60,317 nt of DNA from a virus. Lineage: Duplodnaviria; Caudoviricetes. The notes beneath the pieces were generated by a model. That model saw nothing but the letters and a program-made list of their open reading frames with translations. It was not told the origin of the DNA and did not search any database. This document shows, one piece after another, positions 9,141-18,276 of this stretch (positions within the stretch are counted from its first letter, which is position 1; the number at the start of each line of letters is the position of its first letter). The stretch lies in the IMG/VR virus record IMGVR_UViG_3300044841_000118, positions 1 through 60,317 of that record. One strand, written 5' to 3'. A program made the translations under genes and the position numbers.

Positions 9141-9691
9141 TTTTACTCGGCGTGATCGGAAGAGCTCAACAGGGGAAAAGTACCCTCGCTAATGCGATCG
9201 TCACCCACGCCGCCACCCGCGGTTACGGTGCCCGCGTCTACGAGGTCTCGCACCTCATCCTCCGCTACTGCCAGAAGGCCGGGCTGATCGAATCGTGGAA
9301 GACCCGTGCGGACTGCACCGAGCAGGACGTCCAGACCCTGATCGACGTGGGACACGAGAAGCGCATCGAGGACCAGAACTACTGGCTCGACTCCATCGCC
9401 GAGATGATCCGGCTGGACGCGGCTGACGTAGCTATCATCCCGAATGTCCGTGCAGATAACGAATGTGCCTTCGTACGCGAAAAGGGTGGCTCCATCCTCC
9501 GAGTGGTGAGCACGAACCCGGATGGCACGCCGTACATCCCGCGCGACCGTGACCCCAACAACCGCTTCGAGACCATCTCGATGACGCTCACCCCGGACTA
9601 CGAGATCAAGACGCCACGCGGCGCCGAAGCCCTCGCCAAGTCCTACGCACACTCCCTCTTCGACTACCTCGCTGCCAAGGCTGGCGAGTGA
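9137..9691 (+). CDS. deoxynucleoside monophosphate kinase
   Basis: P-loop GRAQQGKST; IPNVRADNE (DxRFxNE-like). Confidence 0.8.
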   Translation: MILLGVIGRAQQGKSTLANAIVTHAATRGYGARVYEVSHLILRYCQKAGLIESWKTRADCTEQDVQTLIDVGHEKRIEDQNYWLDSIAEMIRLDAADVAIIPNVRADNECAFVREKGGSILRVVSTNPDGTPYIPRDRDPNNRFETISMTLTPDYEIKTPRGAEALAKSYAHSLFDYLAAKAGE

Positions 9692-9969
9692 GAAAGCCGC
9701 GGATCGTGGTAACTGCCGGCTTCTACGCCAAAGCCAAAGAGACGTGGGCAACGATGGAGGCGCGACAATCTATGTCTGAAACCCTGCCCGCCAACTCCAC
9801 AGTCGAGCGAATGAGTGAAGTGCTGAACGACCTCCGGGCCAAAGTCCAGAAGAAGTACCTACTCGACGAGCCGTATATCGCTAAGTTCCAGAACCTGACC
9901 TTCGTGGCACCGGTTCTCCGCGACACGATCATTTGCGACGTGAGCATAACTACAGAGGTGAAAGCATGA
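9688..9969 (+). CDS. hypothetical protein
   Basis: operonic GTGA overlap. Confidence 0.55.
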   Translation: MRKPRIVVTAGFYAKAKETWATMEARQSMSETLPANSTVERMSEVLNDLRAKVQKKYLLDEPYIAKFQNLTFVAPVLRDTIICDVSITTEVKA

Positions 9970-10130
9970 GACATCCAATGTTATTTGTCGCGGATATCGC
10001 GCTGTGTGGTCTTTTCGGTTTACTGCTCTCGACACTATTGCCTGTGCACGGTGGGCATGTTCTAGGTGCGTTGGCGCTCATCGTAATTTTTCATGCGGAT
10101 CGCTTCTTGTTCATCTTCGGTAAACGATAA
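9966..10130 (+). CDS. small 2-TM membrane protein
   Basis: GAGGTG RBS; hydrophobic; low GC. Confidence 0.5.
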   Translation: MRHPMLFVADIALCGLFGLLLSTLLPVHGGHVLGALALIVIFHADRFLFIFGKR

Positions 10131-10720
10131 TGCCTGGCATCCTGAGCCGCTTCCACGACACCCAGCCCTTCGTCTTCTCCGCCGATGGGCGCAAGCTCGG
10201 CCCTGGCCACAACGCGCCGACCGTCAGCGAAATCGCGCGCGGCCTCGGCAAGCTCTGCCGGTTCGCCGGCAACAGCCGCGTCTTCTGGCCAGTGCTACTG
10301 CACTCCATGGTGGTGGCCGATCTGGTAGACGAGGAGATCGCGTTGTACGCCCTGCTGCACGATGCGGCCGAGGTGGTCTTCAACGACACGCCGACGCCGT
10401 TCAAGCCGTCGTTCTTCGAGGCGCGGGAGAAAGCAGTACTGCGCAAGCTCTACGCCGACATGGGTGTGCCTGAGCCGACCGAGGATATCTTGGCGCGCGT
10501 GAAGGTCGCCGACCGTGCGGCGCTGGTCGCGGAGGCGCATGTCATCGGGCCGCTGGGACTGGGCGAGTACTTCGGGGAGAGCGACTCGACGACAGAAGCC
10601 GTCATTCTCGCCTATCTCAAGGACTACTCACCCAACGACTACCTGACCGAAGGCCGCGCCGTGATCGACTTCCAGACCCGCGTCCGCTACGCCGCTGATC
10701 GAGTGCGGAGGGCCAGCTGA
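10130..10720 (+). CDS. HD-domain phosphohydrolase (YfbR/5'-deoxynucleotidase-like)
   Basis: LCRFAGN...VLLHS...ALLHDAAE...D.PTPFK...VKVAD. Confidence 0.85.
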   Translation: MPGILSRFHDTQPFVFSADGRKLGPGHNAPTVSEIARGLGKLCRFAGNSRVFWPVLLHSMVVADLVDEEIALYALLHDAAEVVFNDTPTPFKPSFFEAREKAVLRKLYADMGVPEPTEDILARVKVADRAALVAEAHVIGPLGLGEYFGESDSTTEAVILAYLKDYSPNDYLTEGRAVIDFQTRVRYAADRVRRAS

Positions 10721-10920
10721 TGCCGGTGCGCCCCATGCGCCAAGTCGACATCCGCGACGCCCTCGGAGACGTCACCCAGACCCACGTCCTCCCCAGCACC
10801 ATCGGACCGGACATGGTTCTCGACTACTACGGGCACGCTCTGCATCACTCCTGCCCATGCACCCCGCGCGTCGAGTACGTCAACATGACGCCGGTTCTGA
10901 TCCACCGGAGGGACGTATGA
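10720..10920 (+). CDS. small His/Cys-rich hypothetical protein
   Basis: THVLP...HSCPCTP...LIHR; coupled stops and starts. Confidence 0.6.
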   Translation: MPVRPMRQVDIRDALGDVTQTHVLPSTIGPDMVLDYYGHALHHSCPCTPRVEYVNMTPVLIHRRDV

Positions 10921-11552
10921 GAATAGTCACCCTGTCAGATACGCATGGACTCCACCACAAAGTCCATATTCCAGACGGCGACGTGCTGGTCCACGCTGGT
11001 GATTTCATGAACTTCGGAACCAGAGTTCAAGAAGCTACAGACTTCCTATCCTGGTTCGCGGGGCATCCGCATTCCGAAAAGATTTTGGTCGCCGGGAATC
11101 ACGACATCCTGTTCGAGCAGGACCCGTCGTGGGCTAATTCCCTGATCCCACCGGGCGTCCAGTACCTGAAGAACTCCGGTACAACGATCCACGGTATTCG
11201 GTTCTGGGGCTCTCCGTTCACTCCGCGCTTCATGGAATGGGCGTTCATGGCTGACCCCGGCGAACCTATCGCCCACATCTGGTCTCAGATTCCAGGAAAG
11301 ACGGATGTTCTGATTACACACGGGCCTCCGCTCGGGATTCTGGACGAGATGGACGAGCCCAAGCAACGAGTCGGCTGTGAAGAACTGCGCAAGGCTGTGG
11401 ATCGGATAAAGCCGCGCTACCACATCTTCGGTCACATCCATGCAGGCTACGGAGTCGAGATGCCGGAAGAGTCCGAAACCCTGTTCGTCAACGCTGCCGT
11501 GTGCAACGAGCAGTACCGCCCGATCAACCAGCCCATTGTCATCGACGTTTAG
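10917..11552 (+). CDS. metallophosphoesterase (MPPED/239FB-like)
   Basis: SDTH, HAGD, AGNHD, THGPP, FGHIH. Confidence 0.9.
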   Translation: MRIVTLSDTHGLHHKVHIPDGDVLVHAGDFMNFGTRVQEATDFLSWFAGHPHSEKILVAGNHDILFEQDPSWANSLIPPGVQYLKNSGTTIHGIRFWGSPFTPRFMEWAFMADPGEPIAHIWSQIPGKTDVLITHGPPLGILDEMDEPKQRVGCEELRKAVDRIKPRYHIFGHIHAGYGVEMPEESETLFVNAAVCNEQYRPINQPIVIDV

Positions 11553-11623
11553 TAACGTGGCCCTGCGTATTTCCGCGAAATAAATCTCGCCGAATTGCAT
11601 CCATAGTGACAGAGGAACAACAG

Positions 11624-11815
11624 ATGACGTTGAAGGAGAAAGCGAAGGCGCTCTTGTACTCGCGTCGGCCGCTCGGTCTCAACCTCCAGTTATGCAACCA
11701 CCCTGACCGCTTCGTGGTCTACGCCGGGATTGCAGGGTTCGGAACAATAACGGCGGTCTGCACACGCTGCCTACTGCAGGCGGTGTCTCGTCGCTGGTGG
11801 AGGTTCGGACGCTGA
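11624..11815 (+). CDS. small Zn-binding hypothetical protein
   Basis: GAGGA RBS; CNH...CTRC. Confidence 0.55.
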   Translation: MTLKEKAKALLYSRRPLGLNLQLCNHPDRFVVYAGIAGFGTITAVCTRCLLQAVSRRWWRFGR

Positions 11816-12009
11816 TGGACCTGATCGCAGAACTCGATTCGCGGAAGAGCTACCTGAAGGTGTCAGAGTTCGCCCGGATGCTCTCGGTCAGCGCGCGCCA
11901 GGTCTACAAACTGGTCGAGCAGCACCGCCTGCCCGCACTCAAGATCGGCACCACCGTGCGCCTCTGCCCCCGCGCCGCTGCCGCATGGCTCCGCGAAAGG
12001 ACTGCCTGA
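11815..12009 (+). CDS. xis: excisionase-family HTH protein
   Basis: YLKVSEFARMLSVSARQVYKLV...LPALKIG..VR; close to attP and int. Confidence 0.8.
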   Translation: MDLIAELDSRKSYLKVSEFARMLSVSARQVYKLVEQHRLPALKIGTTVRLCPRAAAAWLRERTA

Positions 12010-12278
12010 TGTCTGAAACGAAGAAACGCTACGTGGTCGTCACTCTCTCCATCCCTGTTGTCCTTTCCTATCCCGACGATTCGTACTGGAACAAGGAGGG
12101 GATCGAGTTCCACCTTAATGAAGGATCCAACTGCGTCGACAACCAGATCCGCGACTTCATCCAGCAGTTCGAACACAGGAATGACAAGGACTGCTACTGC
12201 TTCGACCCCGAGACCAAGGCCACCTATGTCCGGGAGGCTACAGACGAAGACATCTTGAGAACAGGGATTCGCAAGTGA
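12009..12278 (+). CDS. hypothetical protein
   Basis: coupled to xis; last gene before terminator. Confidence 0.65.
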   Translation: MSETKKRYVVVTLSIPVVLSYPDDSYWNKEGIEFHLNEGSNCVDNQIRDFIQQFEHRNDKDCYCFDPETKATYVREATDEDILRTGIRK

Positions 12279-12297
12279 CCAACGACACAAAGCCACA

Positions 12298-12324
12298 AGG
12301 CCCGCCCGCTCCGGCGGGCTTTTC
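12298..12324 (+). terminator. intrinsic terminator of left arm
   Basis: GCCCGCC/GGCGGGC stem then TTTT. Confidence 0.75.
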
Positions 12325-12338
12325 CATTTCCCGGACAA

Positions 12339-12372
12339 CGCCTTAGTCATGCGCCGGTCGCCTTAGTCATGC
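12339..12372. repeat. integrase arm-type direct repeats CGCCTTAGTCATGC x2
   Basis: 12339-12352 and 12359-12372; partial copy TAGTCATGC at 12583-12591 on the other side of the core. Confidence 0.7.
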
Positions 12373-12492
12373 AAAACGGGTCCAGACACGCATCTAGGTT
12401 CGCTGTATTCGCATTTGGAAGATTCCTCGATGTGCCCAGAACCCGCATGAACACTGGGAAATCCAGTTAAATCAAGGGGATTTTACAAAGGC

Positions 12493-12512
12493 TGGCGGAG
12501 AGGGAGGGATTC
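12493..12512 (-). mobile_element. attP core (3' end of tRNA-Ser)
   Basis: minus strand GAATCCCTCCCTCTCCGCCA = T-loop to CCA of tRNA-Ser; ~100 bp upstream of integrase. Confidence 0.85.
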
Positions 12513-12608
12513 TGATCACAACCACTGCAAGTACTTCATTCTATAGATACTTGACAGGAACACACAGCCCGTAGTACTACAATAGTCATGCAGTTCTGAA
12601 GGAGACGC

Positions 12609-13805
12609 ATGGCTAACCGAACCTGCACCCTGATGCTCTACTGCCGCACCGAGAACGGGTGGCGCCGCTTCCCTGCCGCCTTTGGCAAGAACGGGCGCAT
12701 CCGGCCCAACTACGCCGAGGTCGCAGGCGAGCAGGTCCACTTCGATACCGCGCGGTACGAGATCCGCTTCTACGCTGGCCGCAAGGTCCAGTTCAAAGCC
12801 GTCCAGGGAAGCGCAAAGGACGCGCTGGCAGCCCGCCGCCGGCAGGAGGCTCTGCTAGTCGCCCGGGACTCGGCCAAGGCCTCTGGGGCCACCCTGGTCG
12901 AGAATGAGCCCACCCGGAAGAAGCTGACGCAGGAGAAGCAGCGCTGGCTTGAGGGGCTGGAGGCCCGCGGAAAAGCCGAGTTCATCAAGACCGCGCGGGT
13001 GGCGATCGACGACTTTCTGGCCGCCACGGAACTGATCTACGCCGACCAGATCACCGCAGACGCCATGCTGGTCTTCTACCGGGTTCTGCGGAAGCGCGGC
13101 AACTCGGCGCGCACCCTCTACAACAAGGTGATCAACCTCTCCGCCTGGTTCAAGGACATGGGGCTGGAGGTCAAGTCCATCGTCAAGCACAAACCGGTCT
13201 ACACAGAGCGGGAGGTCGACGTCTACAGCCCCGAAGAGATCGGCGACCTGTTCCGCGCCTGCCGCAACGACTACCAGCGCGCGCTGTTCGACGTGCTGCT
13301 CAAGGCCGGGCTGCGCGAGCAGGAGGCGGTCAATCTGGAGTGGACGAACGTCGACTTCCGGGCCAAGGTGCTCCGCGTCCGCGAGAACGTACAAACCGGG
13401 TCATCCATCAAGGACCGGGCCGAGAGATCCGTCCCTATGCCTGACAGTCTGATCGAGTCATTGCGCGCCTGGCGGGAGAAAAGGCCCAAGGCACACCTCG
13501 TCCTCGGCACCGCGACCGACCGGCCCAACAACAAGATGCTGCGGACGCTGAAGCGGGTGGTCAGCGCGGCTAAGCTCAACTGCGGTCGCTGCGATGGGTG
13601 CACCACCCGGGACGAGTGCCGCCGCTGGCGCCTGCACAAGTTCCGGGCCACCTACACCACCCGCCTGCTGCAGAACGGGGTCGATGCCCGAACGGTCATG
13701 GCCTACACGGGGCACGCGGATTTAGCGACCGTGCTGCGCTATCTGGCGCCGGCGGAGGACGCCCCGATGCAGTCCAGGATCAGCAGCATCGAATGGGTGC
13801 GGTAG
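12609..13805 (+). CDS. int: tyrosine integrase
   Basis: GLREQE (R), LHKFRATY (HxxR), GHADL...RY. Confidence 0.95.
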   Translation: MANRTCTLMLYCRTENGWRRFPAAFGKNGRIRPNYAEVAGEQVHFDTARYEIRFYAGRKVQFKAVQGSAKDALAARRRQEALLVARDSAKASGATLVENEPTRKKLTQEKQRWLEGLEARGKAEFIKTARVAIDDFLAATELIYADQITADAMLVFYRVLRKRGNSARTLYNKVINLSAWFKDMGLEVKSIVKHKPVYTEREVDVYSPEEIGDLFRACRNDYQRALFDVLLKAGLREQEAVNLEWTNVDFRAKVLRVRENVQTGSSIKDRAERSVPMPDSLIESLRAWREKRPKAHLVLGTATDRPNNKMLRTLKRVVSAAKLNCGRCDGCTTRDECRRWRLHKFRATYTTRLLQNGVDARTVMAYTGHADLATVLRYLAPAEDAPMQSRISSIEWVR

Positions 13806-13817
13806 TCCGGGAAATGG

Positions 13818-13843
13818 AAAAGCCACCCGGTGAGAGGTGGCTT
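13818..13843 (-). terminator. terminator between int and late arm
   Basis: AAGCCACC/GGTGGCTT stem; U-tract on minus strand. Confidence 0.65.
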
Positions 13844-13900
13844 GGGTTACGATGGTAAGTTGATGCCTTACGACCCGCAGGGCATCATACGGGGTGGGGT

Positions 13901-14083
13901 ATGGTTGTGGCCTTCTTCGAGATCCTCGGGATCCTGACGCTACTCAGCTTCTCCATACAGGCGACGGCCTTCCTGTTCGACTTCCTGACGAAGCCTGTCC
14001 CTCGCCGCTACCCTGCTCCTGTGCGCCCCCGTACTGCACATCCAAGGGCTCGCATGGTGTCTTTCAAAACACACCCCGACTAG
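13901..14083 (+). CDS. possible small membrane protein
   Basis: N-terminal hydrophobic helix; GGGGT RBS-like. Confidence 0.35.
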   Translation: MVVAFFEILGILTLLSFSIQATAFLFDFLTKPVPRRYPAPVRPRTAHPRARMVSFKTHPD

Positions 14084-15948
14084 TTTCCGCCCATAATCTT
14101 CTTCGCCTTGGCTGCCTTCACCTTTGGCGCAGGAGCCTTGAGCGCGGGACGCTGGATGTGCGCCTCACCCTCGGGGGTCACATGCACCGGGCTGGTCTTC
14201 GGAGGTTCTGGTTTCGGATAAATCGGGCGCCGTGTTCGATCGACTGCTGTCTCCGCGTTCAGCTTCGGGTACGTTGATCCTGGTACCCCGACATTGCTAT
14301 TCGATGCGTTTCCGGGGAGACCCTTCGCTGCTGGTGCGGCTTGCGGCAGCGCCCCCTGCGAACGGCCAGCCTGCAACGCCTGGGGCGGGGCTGTCGGGCC
14401 AGCAGGTGCCGGGTTGGGCGTCGTCTCGGCAGTGACCGTCTCGGGTGTTCCCTTGCTCGGCAACCGCGGCCTGTCCGGAGTCTGGACGCCGCTATCGAAT
14501 GTGCCGGGCACGGACTCGGGTATCTTCTTGGTGAAGCGGCGGATGTCCGCCTGCGTCTGCGTCATCGGAGACTCGCGGAGCAGCGTCTGTGCGATCTTCT
14601 TCTTGTCTCCGTGCCCGAGGACAGCCCCGGTGACGTCACCGACAGACTCCGCCACGTGTCCGATGAACTGCTTGCCTGTCATCGGGCGGTTGAACTGAAC
14701 CTCTTTCGATGCCAGCGGAACGCGCGCGTTCTCCAGCGCTTCACGAGTGGTGAGTAGATCAGATTCCGTCTGCTTGAGCTTTTTGAAGTCCTGTCCGGTG
14801 GCGTTGCTTAGACCGTCGTAGTATGTGTTACGGACAGCTGACGAAGCGGCACTCAGAGCCTGATCCAGATTCGCCGACCGCTGTACAGCCACGCCGCTCA
14901 TCTTGAAGGACGGAGATGTCTGGTTGTTCAGGTACATCCGAAGTCCGTTCAACTCCCCGAGCGTATCTACGCTGGCGACGCGCTTCTTCAGCGATTCCAG
15001 TTCGTTGACGTCATCTGGGGCATATTTTTCCATGCCCTCCTTCTTCAGATCGTCAATGGCTTGCAGAACGGGTTTCATATCGACGGGCTGGTTCTTCACA
15101 TTCCGCAGCGCGTCCAGGTGTGCCTCGTCGATGTGCTGCTGCGCATTGTGGACAGCTTCGTGGAAGGCGTCGTAGGTTTCCTCTGGAGTGGCTTTCGGAT
15201 CGAGGATGCGTTCCCGTAGTGCCCGGTTCGACTGGATCTCCTGCTGAACGATTGGGGAAACGCTGCTGGCGACCTCCTTCGCGTCGAAGTTCTTCCCCAT
15301 GCCAGCCTTGCCTTGGTCGATGACCGCAGTGAAACCGCGATGGGCTGCGCTGTTCTCAGGATTGGCTCGGTTCTCAAGAGCCCCCTGCGTCTTGTTGACG
15401 CCGCGTTCCGTAAGGTGCGGGACCAAAGAGGTCAGAAGGTCGCCTAACGTTTCGCCTGCACCCCGGTTGGGGCTTTCTTCCATGTCCTTCTGGTCTTCAG
15501 CAAGCGCTGGATTGACTGCCGCATCCGCCATGTGTGATAGACCGAGGTAGTAGTTGGACGCGCGCTGGCTGTTGGTGACAGCGGGGTCGTTCCGAAGATG
15601 ATACGCAGTGCTGATTTCGTCGGCACCCTGCCGTATCAACTGTCCACGATTGTGCAGGTCGCTCTTTATACTATCGACAGGGTTATCAGTGGGAATGGTG
15701 AGCCCCGACAAACGGTGCATCATCCCACGCGCGGCGTCCCCCATGTTTGAAAGGAAACCCCCATCCGTGGGTGCACTACCGCCCGTACTCGGTGCATCCC
15801 ATTCCACACCGTCCGCGCCGCTGGGTGTAGCAGGAGCAGAGGCGGACGGCTCAGAGGTTCCGGTATACACGGTCGCTGGCGCAGTAGCGCCAGCCGTTGC
15901 TGGTGCGTCCCACTCGACTCCGGGAGTTGTGTTCTTCTCGTCGGCCAT
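14080..15948 (-). CDS. internal virion/DNA ejection protein
   Basis: last gene of podovirus morphogenesis block; helical; GVEWDAP repeats. Confidence 0.6.
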   Translation of the reverse strand: MADEKNTTPGVEWDAPATAGATAPATVYTGTSEPSASAPATPSGADGVEWDAPSTGGSAPTDGGFLSNMGDAARGMMHRLSGLTIPTDNPVDSIKSDLHNRGQLIRQGADEISTAYHLRNDPAVTNSQRASNYYLGLSHMADAAVNPALAEDQKDMEESPNRGAGETLGDLLTSLVPHLTERGVNKTQGALENRANPENSAAHRGFTAVIDQGKAGMGKNFDAKEVASSVSPIVQQEIQSNRALRERILDPKATPEETYDAFHEAVHNAQQHIDEAHLDALRNVKNQPVDMKPVLQAIDDLKKEGMEKYAPDDVNELESLKKRVASVDTLGELNGLRMYLNNQTSPSFKMSGVAVQRSANLDQALSAASSAVRNTYYDGLSNATGQDFKKLKQTESDLLTTREALENARVPLASKEVQFNRPMTGKQFIGHVAESVGDVTGAVLGHGDKKKIAQTLLRESPMTQTQADIRRFTKKIPESVPGTFDSGVQTPDRPRLPSKGTPETVTAETTPNPAPAGPTAPPQALQAGRSQGALPQAAPAAKGLPGNASNSNVGVPGSTYPKLNAETAVDRTRRPIYPKPEPPKTSPVHVTPEGEAHIQRPALKAPAPKVKAAKAKKIMGGN

Positions 15949-15951
15949 GAG

Positions 15952-17865
15952 TTAGTTCGCCCTCTTCCAGTTCTTGTTCTTCGCCAGCAAATCATCGACT
16001 TTGTCCATGGTGGTTGTCCCGCCGCGGCCCTTGTCGTCCACAATCCGGACAGGGATAGAGGCTCCGAAGTGCGCGCGCACGAACCGGTTGTGGTCCGCGT
16101 ACACACGCATGCGATCACCCAGCGCAATGCGCGCCGCGCGCACGGCTTCGTCGATCTGCGCAGTGTTGAAGTTCTTCGGGAAGTTCTCCTGCGCGAGCTT
16201 AATCTTGGCGTCTGATGTGGCGCCGCCCTGAGCGAAGATCGAGCCGTATTGCTCCGCGATATCGTTCATCAACTGATGAAGCGTCACACCTTCGGGGCTG
16301 CCGGACTGGATACGGCCCCAAGCCTGTACATCGTTCAATGCCGGCAGTGATGTAATCCCGGCCTTATGCGCCTCCTGCTGCAACTCGGACAGCAGTCCGC
16401 TCTTGCCGTCGCTGCCGGTCAGCGTAACGTTGGCCTTCACCTTAGTCTGGACGGGGACGCTGTTGAACTCCTTCGCCTCCTGGCGCTGGCCCTCAAAGTC
16501 GTACTTGCCGCCGGAGAGTTTCAGGATGCGGTCCTGCACGTCCTGACGGAACTTGGACGCTTCCTTACCCATGCCTTTGCCGACGGTGTCGATGGTATCG
16601 TTTCCGGCAATGATGTTTTTGGCGGCGCGACCAACGCGGTCATCCGCGTTGTTGGGATCAGACACGTCCGATGCAGCATCTGCCGCCTGACTGGTCTGCG
16701 TGGCTCGGCCTGCCCGGGCAGTCTGGTGTGATTTCGCGTCGGAAGCATGAGCAGCGCCAAGCCGCTGGGCCGCCTGCGCCTGTTTATCCGCGAGGTCCGC
16801 CGCATCCATGGCGACCTTCTGCTGCTTCTGCCGATCCGTCTCCTGCTGGAGTTGATACTGCGTGTGCTTGTTCTTCAGCGCGATGTACTGGCTCGCATCC
16901 AGTTGCTTGCCCGGCTGTAGGATGTCGGCCGCGTTCTGCCCCATGGTGTCAAGGAAGCCGTCCTTCTTCCACGCGTTCAGCGTGACGTCTGACAATGGCA
17001 CCTTGCCCTTGGGATCGAACGCCGAGTAAACGTACTGGTAGTGGTGCTCGCCAGTCTGCGCGTCGACGCTCTCCTTCATACCGACCGGCTCCCAGTCCAA
17101 CGCACTTGCGCCAGGATTGCTCTGGATGGTCTTCTGCATCTCTTCTTCGGGAACTTGGTCGAAGGTCGGTTTCAGTCCCGCGTCGAGGTACGGGGCCACA
17201 TTCGTCTTGCCGGCCTGCGCGTGCTTCTGGTGGGTGTCGTAATCCTGTGCCTGCGTTTCCTGATTTAGCTTCAGGGTCCCGATGTTTGAATGAGCGATCT
17301 GTGCCTTCAACAGTTGCCCGTTGACGTCGGTCTCCTGCTGGTCCCGCTGGTTCTTGTCAGCGGTCATTTGATTTTTGAACTGGTTCTGCGCCTGCTCCCG
17401 CCGGCCTTCATCCTGTTGACCCTTCATCTGTTCGACAGCGCCTGCGCCTGCGACGGCACCGGCCAGCGGACTTCCACCTGCCGCGCGCGCGGCCTGCCCA
17501 CCAACGGCTCCACCAACCAACGCACCTGCTAGGATGCGCCGGAAGAGTTCGCCGGGCTTCATGTTGCTCACCGTCGTGACGGTCTGTCCAGTTTTCGGAT
17601 CGATGCTGTAGTTAGCTTCCTTGCCGAGCGCGCCGAGCAACTGCTGCCCGATGCCCGCAAGATGGCTGGTCTTCGCGGCTTGAACCTTCGCTGTTACATC
17701 CGGCTCCGTCGGATTCAGAGCCGCGACTTGCGCGTTCGGCTGCGGCGCGGGGGTTGTCTGCTGTACAGGAACTGGACTCGGCTGCGCCTCTGCCGGTGCG
17801 GTTGGTTCGCCGGCGGGCTGCGCGTCTCCCTGGGGTACTTGCTCGTCGTTCTCTTCCGGACCCAT
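15952..17865 (-). CDS. internal virion/DNA ejection protein
   Basis: Gly-zipper hydrophobic segment; Q/A-rich coiled coil; position. Confidence 0.6.
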   Translation of the reverse strand: MGPEENDEQVPQGDAQPAGEPTAPAEAQPSPVPVQQTTPAPQPNAQVAALNPTEPDVTAKVQAAKTSHLAGIGQQLLGALGKEANYSIDPKTGQTVTTVSNMKPGELFRRILAGALVGGAVGGQAARAAGGSPLAGAVAGAGAVEQMKGQQDEGRREQAQNQFKNQMTADKNQRDQQETDVNGQLLKAQIAHSNIGTLKLNQETQAQDYDTHQKHAQAGKTNVAPYLDAGLKPTFDQVPEEEMQKTIQSNPGASALDWEPVGMKESVDAQTGEHHYQYVYSAFDPKGKVPLSDVTLNAWKKDGFLDTMGQNAADILQPGKQLDASQYIALKNKHTQYQLQQETDRQKQQKVAMDAADLADKQAQAAQRLGAAHASDAKSHQTARAGRATQTSQAADAASDVSDPNNADDRVGRAAKNIIAGNDTIDTVGKGMGKEASKFRQDVQDRILKLSGGKYDFEGQRQEAKEFNSVPVQTKVKANVTLTGSDGKSGLLSELQQEAHKAGITSLPALNDVQAWGRIQSGSPEGVTLHQLMNDIAEQYGSIFAQGGATSDAKIKLAQENFPKNFNTAQIDEAVRAARIALGDRMRVYADHNRFVRAHFGASIPVRIVDDKGRGGTTTMDKVDDLLAKNKNWKRAN

Positions 17866-18272
17866 TAGCGGGGCTCCTTGTCACTCTGAAAATTGGCGGT
17901 GAATATTGTTAGATGAGTTTCGCGGGAAATACTTGCATCTTTCAGCGCGCGGCGGAGGAATTTCACCACCTGCTCCACGCCTCCCAGTTCGCGTATGCCA
18001 TAGGCGGCCAGCAGATTGCGTAGCGAGTCGTCAGCCTTGATCCGGGACCGGGACTTGCCCGATAGCTTGAGTTCCATGTCGACGACGGACGCCTTGTAGC
18101 CATTGACGAACGAAGGGAAGACACGTCTCCCTTCCTCATCCAGTTCGTGCTTACCAGGGCGCGCAAAGGAGCGGAGGAGGAGCGGACTCCGAAGTCGGTA
18201 GGCCGTAGACTCCGGCTCGTGCGCCCGGTTCAGGTGTGCAATTGCGTCAACGAGTGCTTCTGCTTTGTTCAT
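17865..18272 (-). CDS. lysozyme-like virion protein homologue, apparently degenerate
   Basis: AIAHLN...AYRLRSPLLLR...VFPSFVNGY resembles the RNNPGNLR...F.T..G family. Confidence 0.4.
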   Translation of the reverse strand: MNKAEALVDAIAHLNRAHEPESTAYRLRSPLLLRSFARPGKHELDEEGRRVFPSFVNGYKASVVDMELKLSGKSRSRIKADDSLRNLLAAYGIRELGGVEQVVKFLRRALKDASISRETHLTIFTANFQSDKEPR

Positions 18273-18276
18273 GAGG

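Noticed and set aside
12493-12512. tRNA-Ser gene
   Set aside because: Only the last 20 nt are present; interpreted as the att core
12317-13824. IS element bounded by terminal inverted repeats
   Set aside because: The enclosed gene is a phage tyrosine integrase with attP; the repeats are explained as terminator plus palindrome
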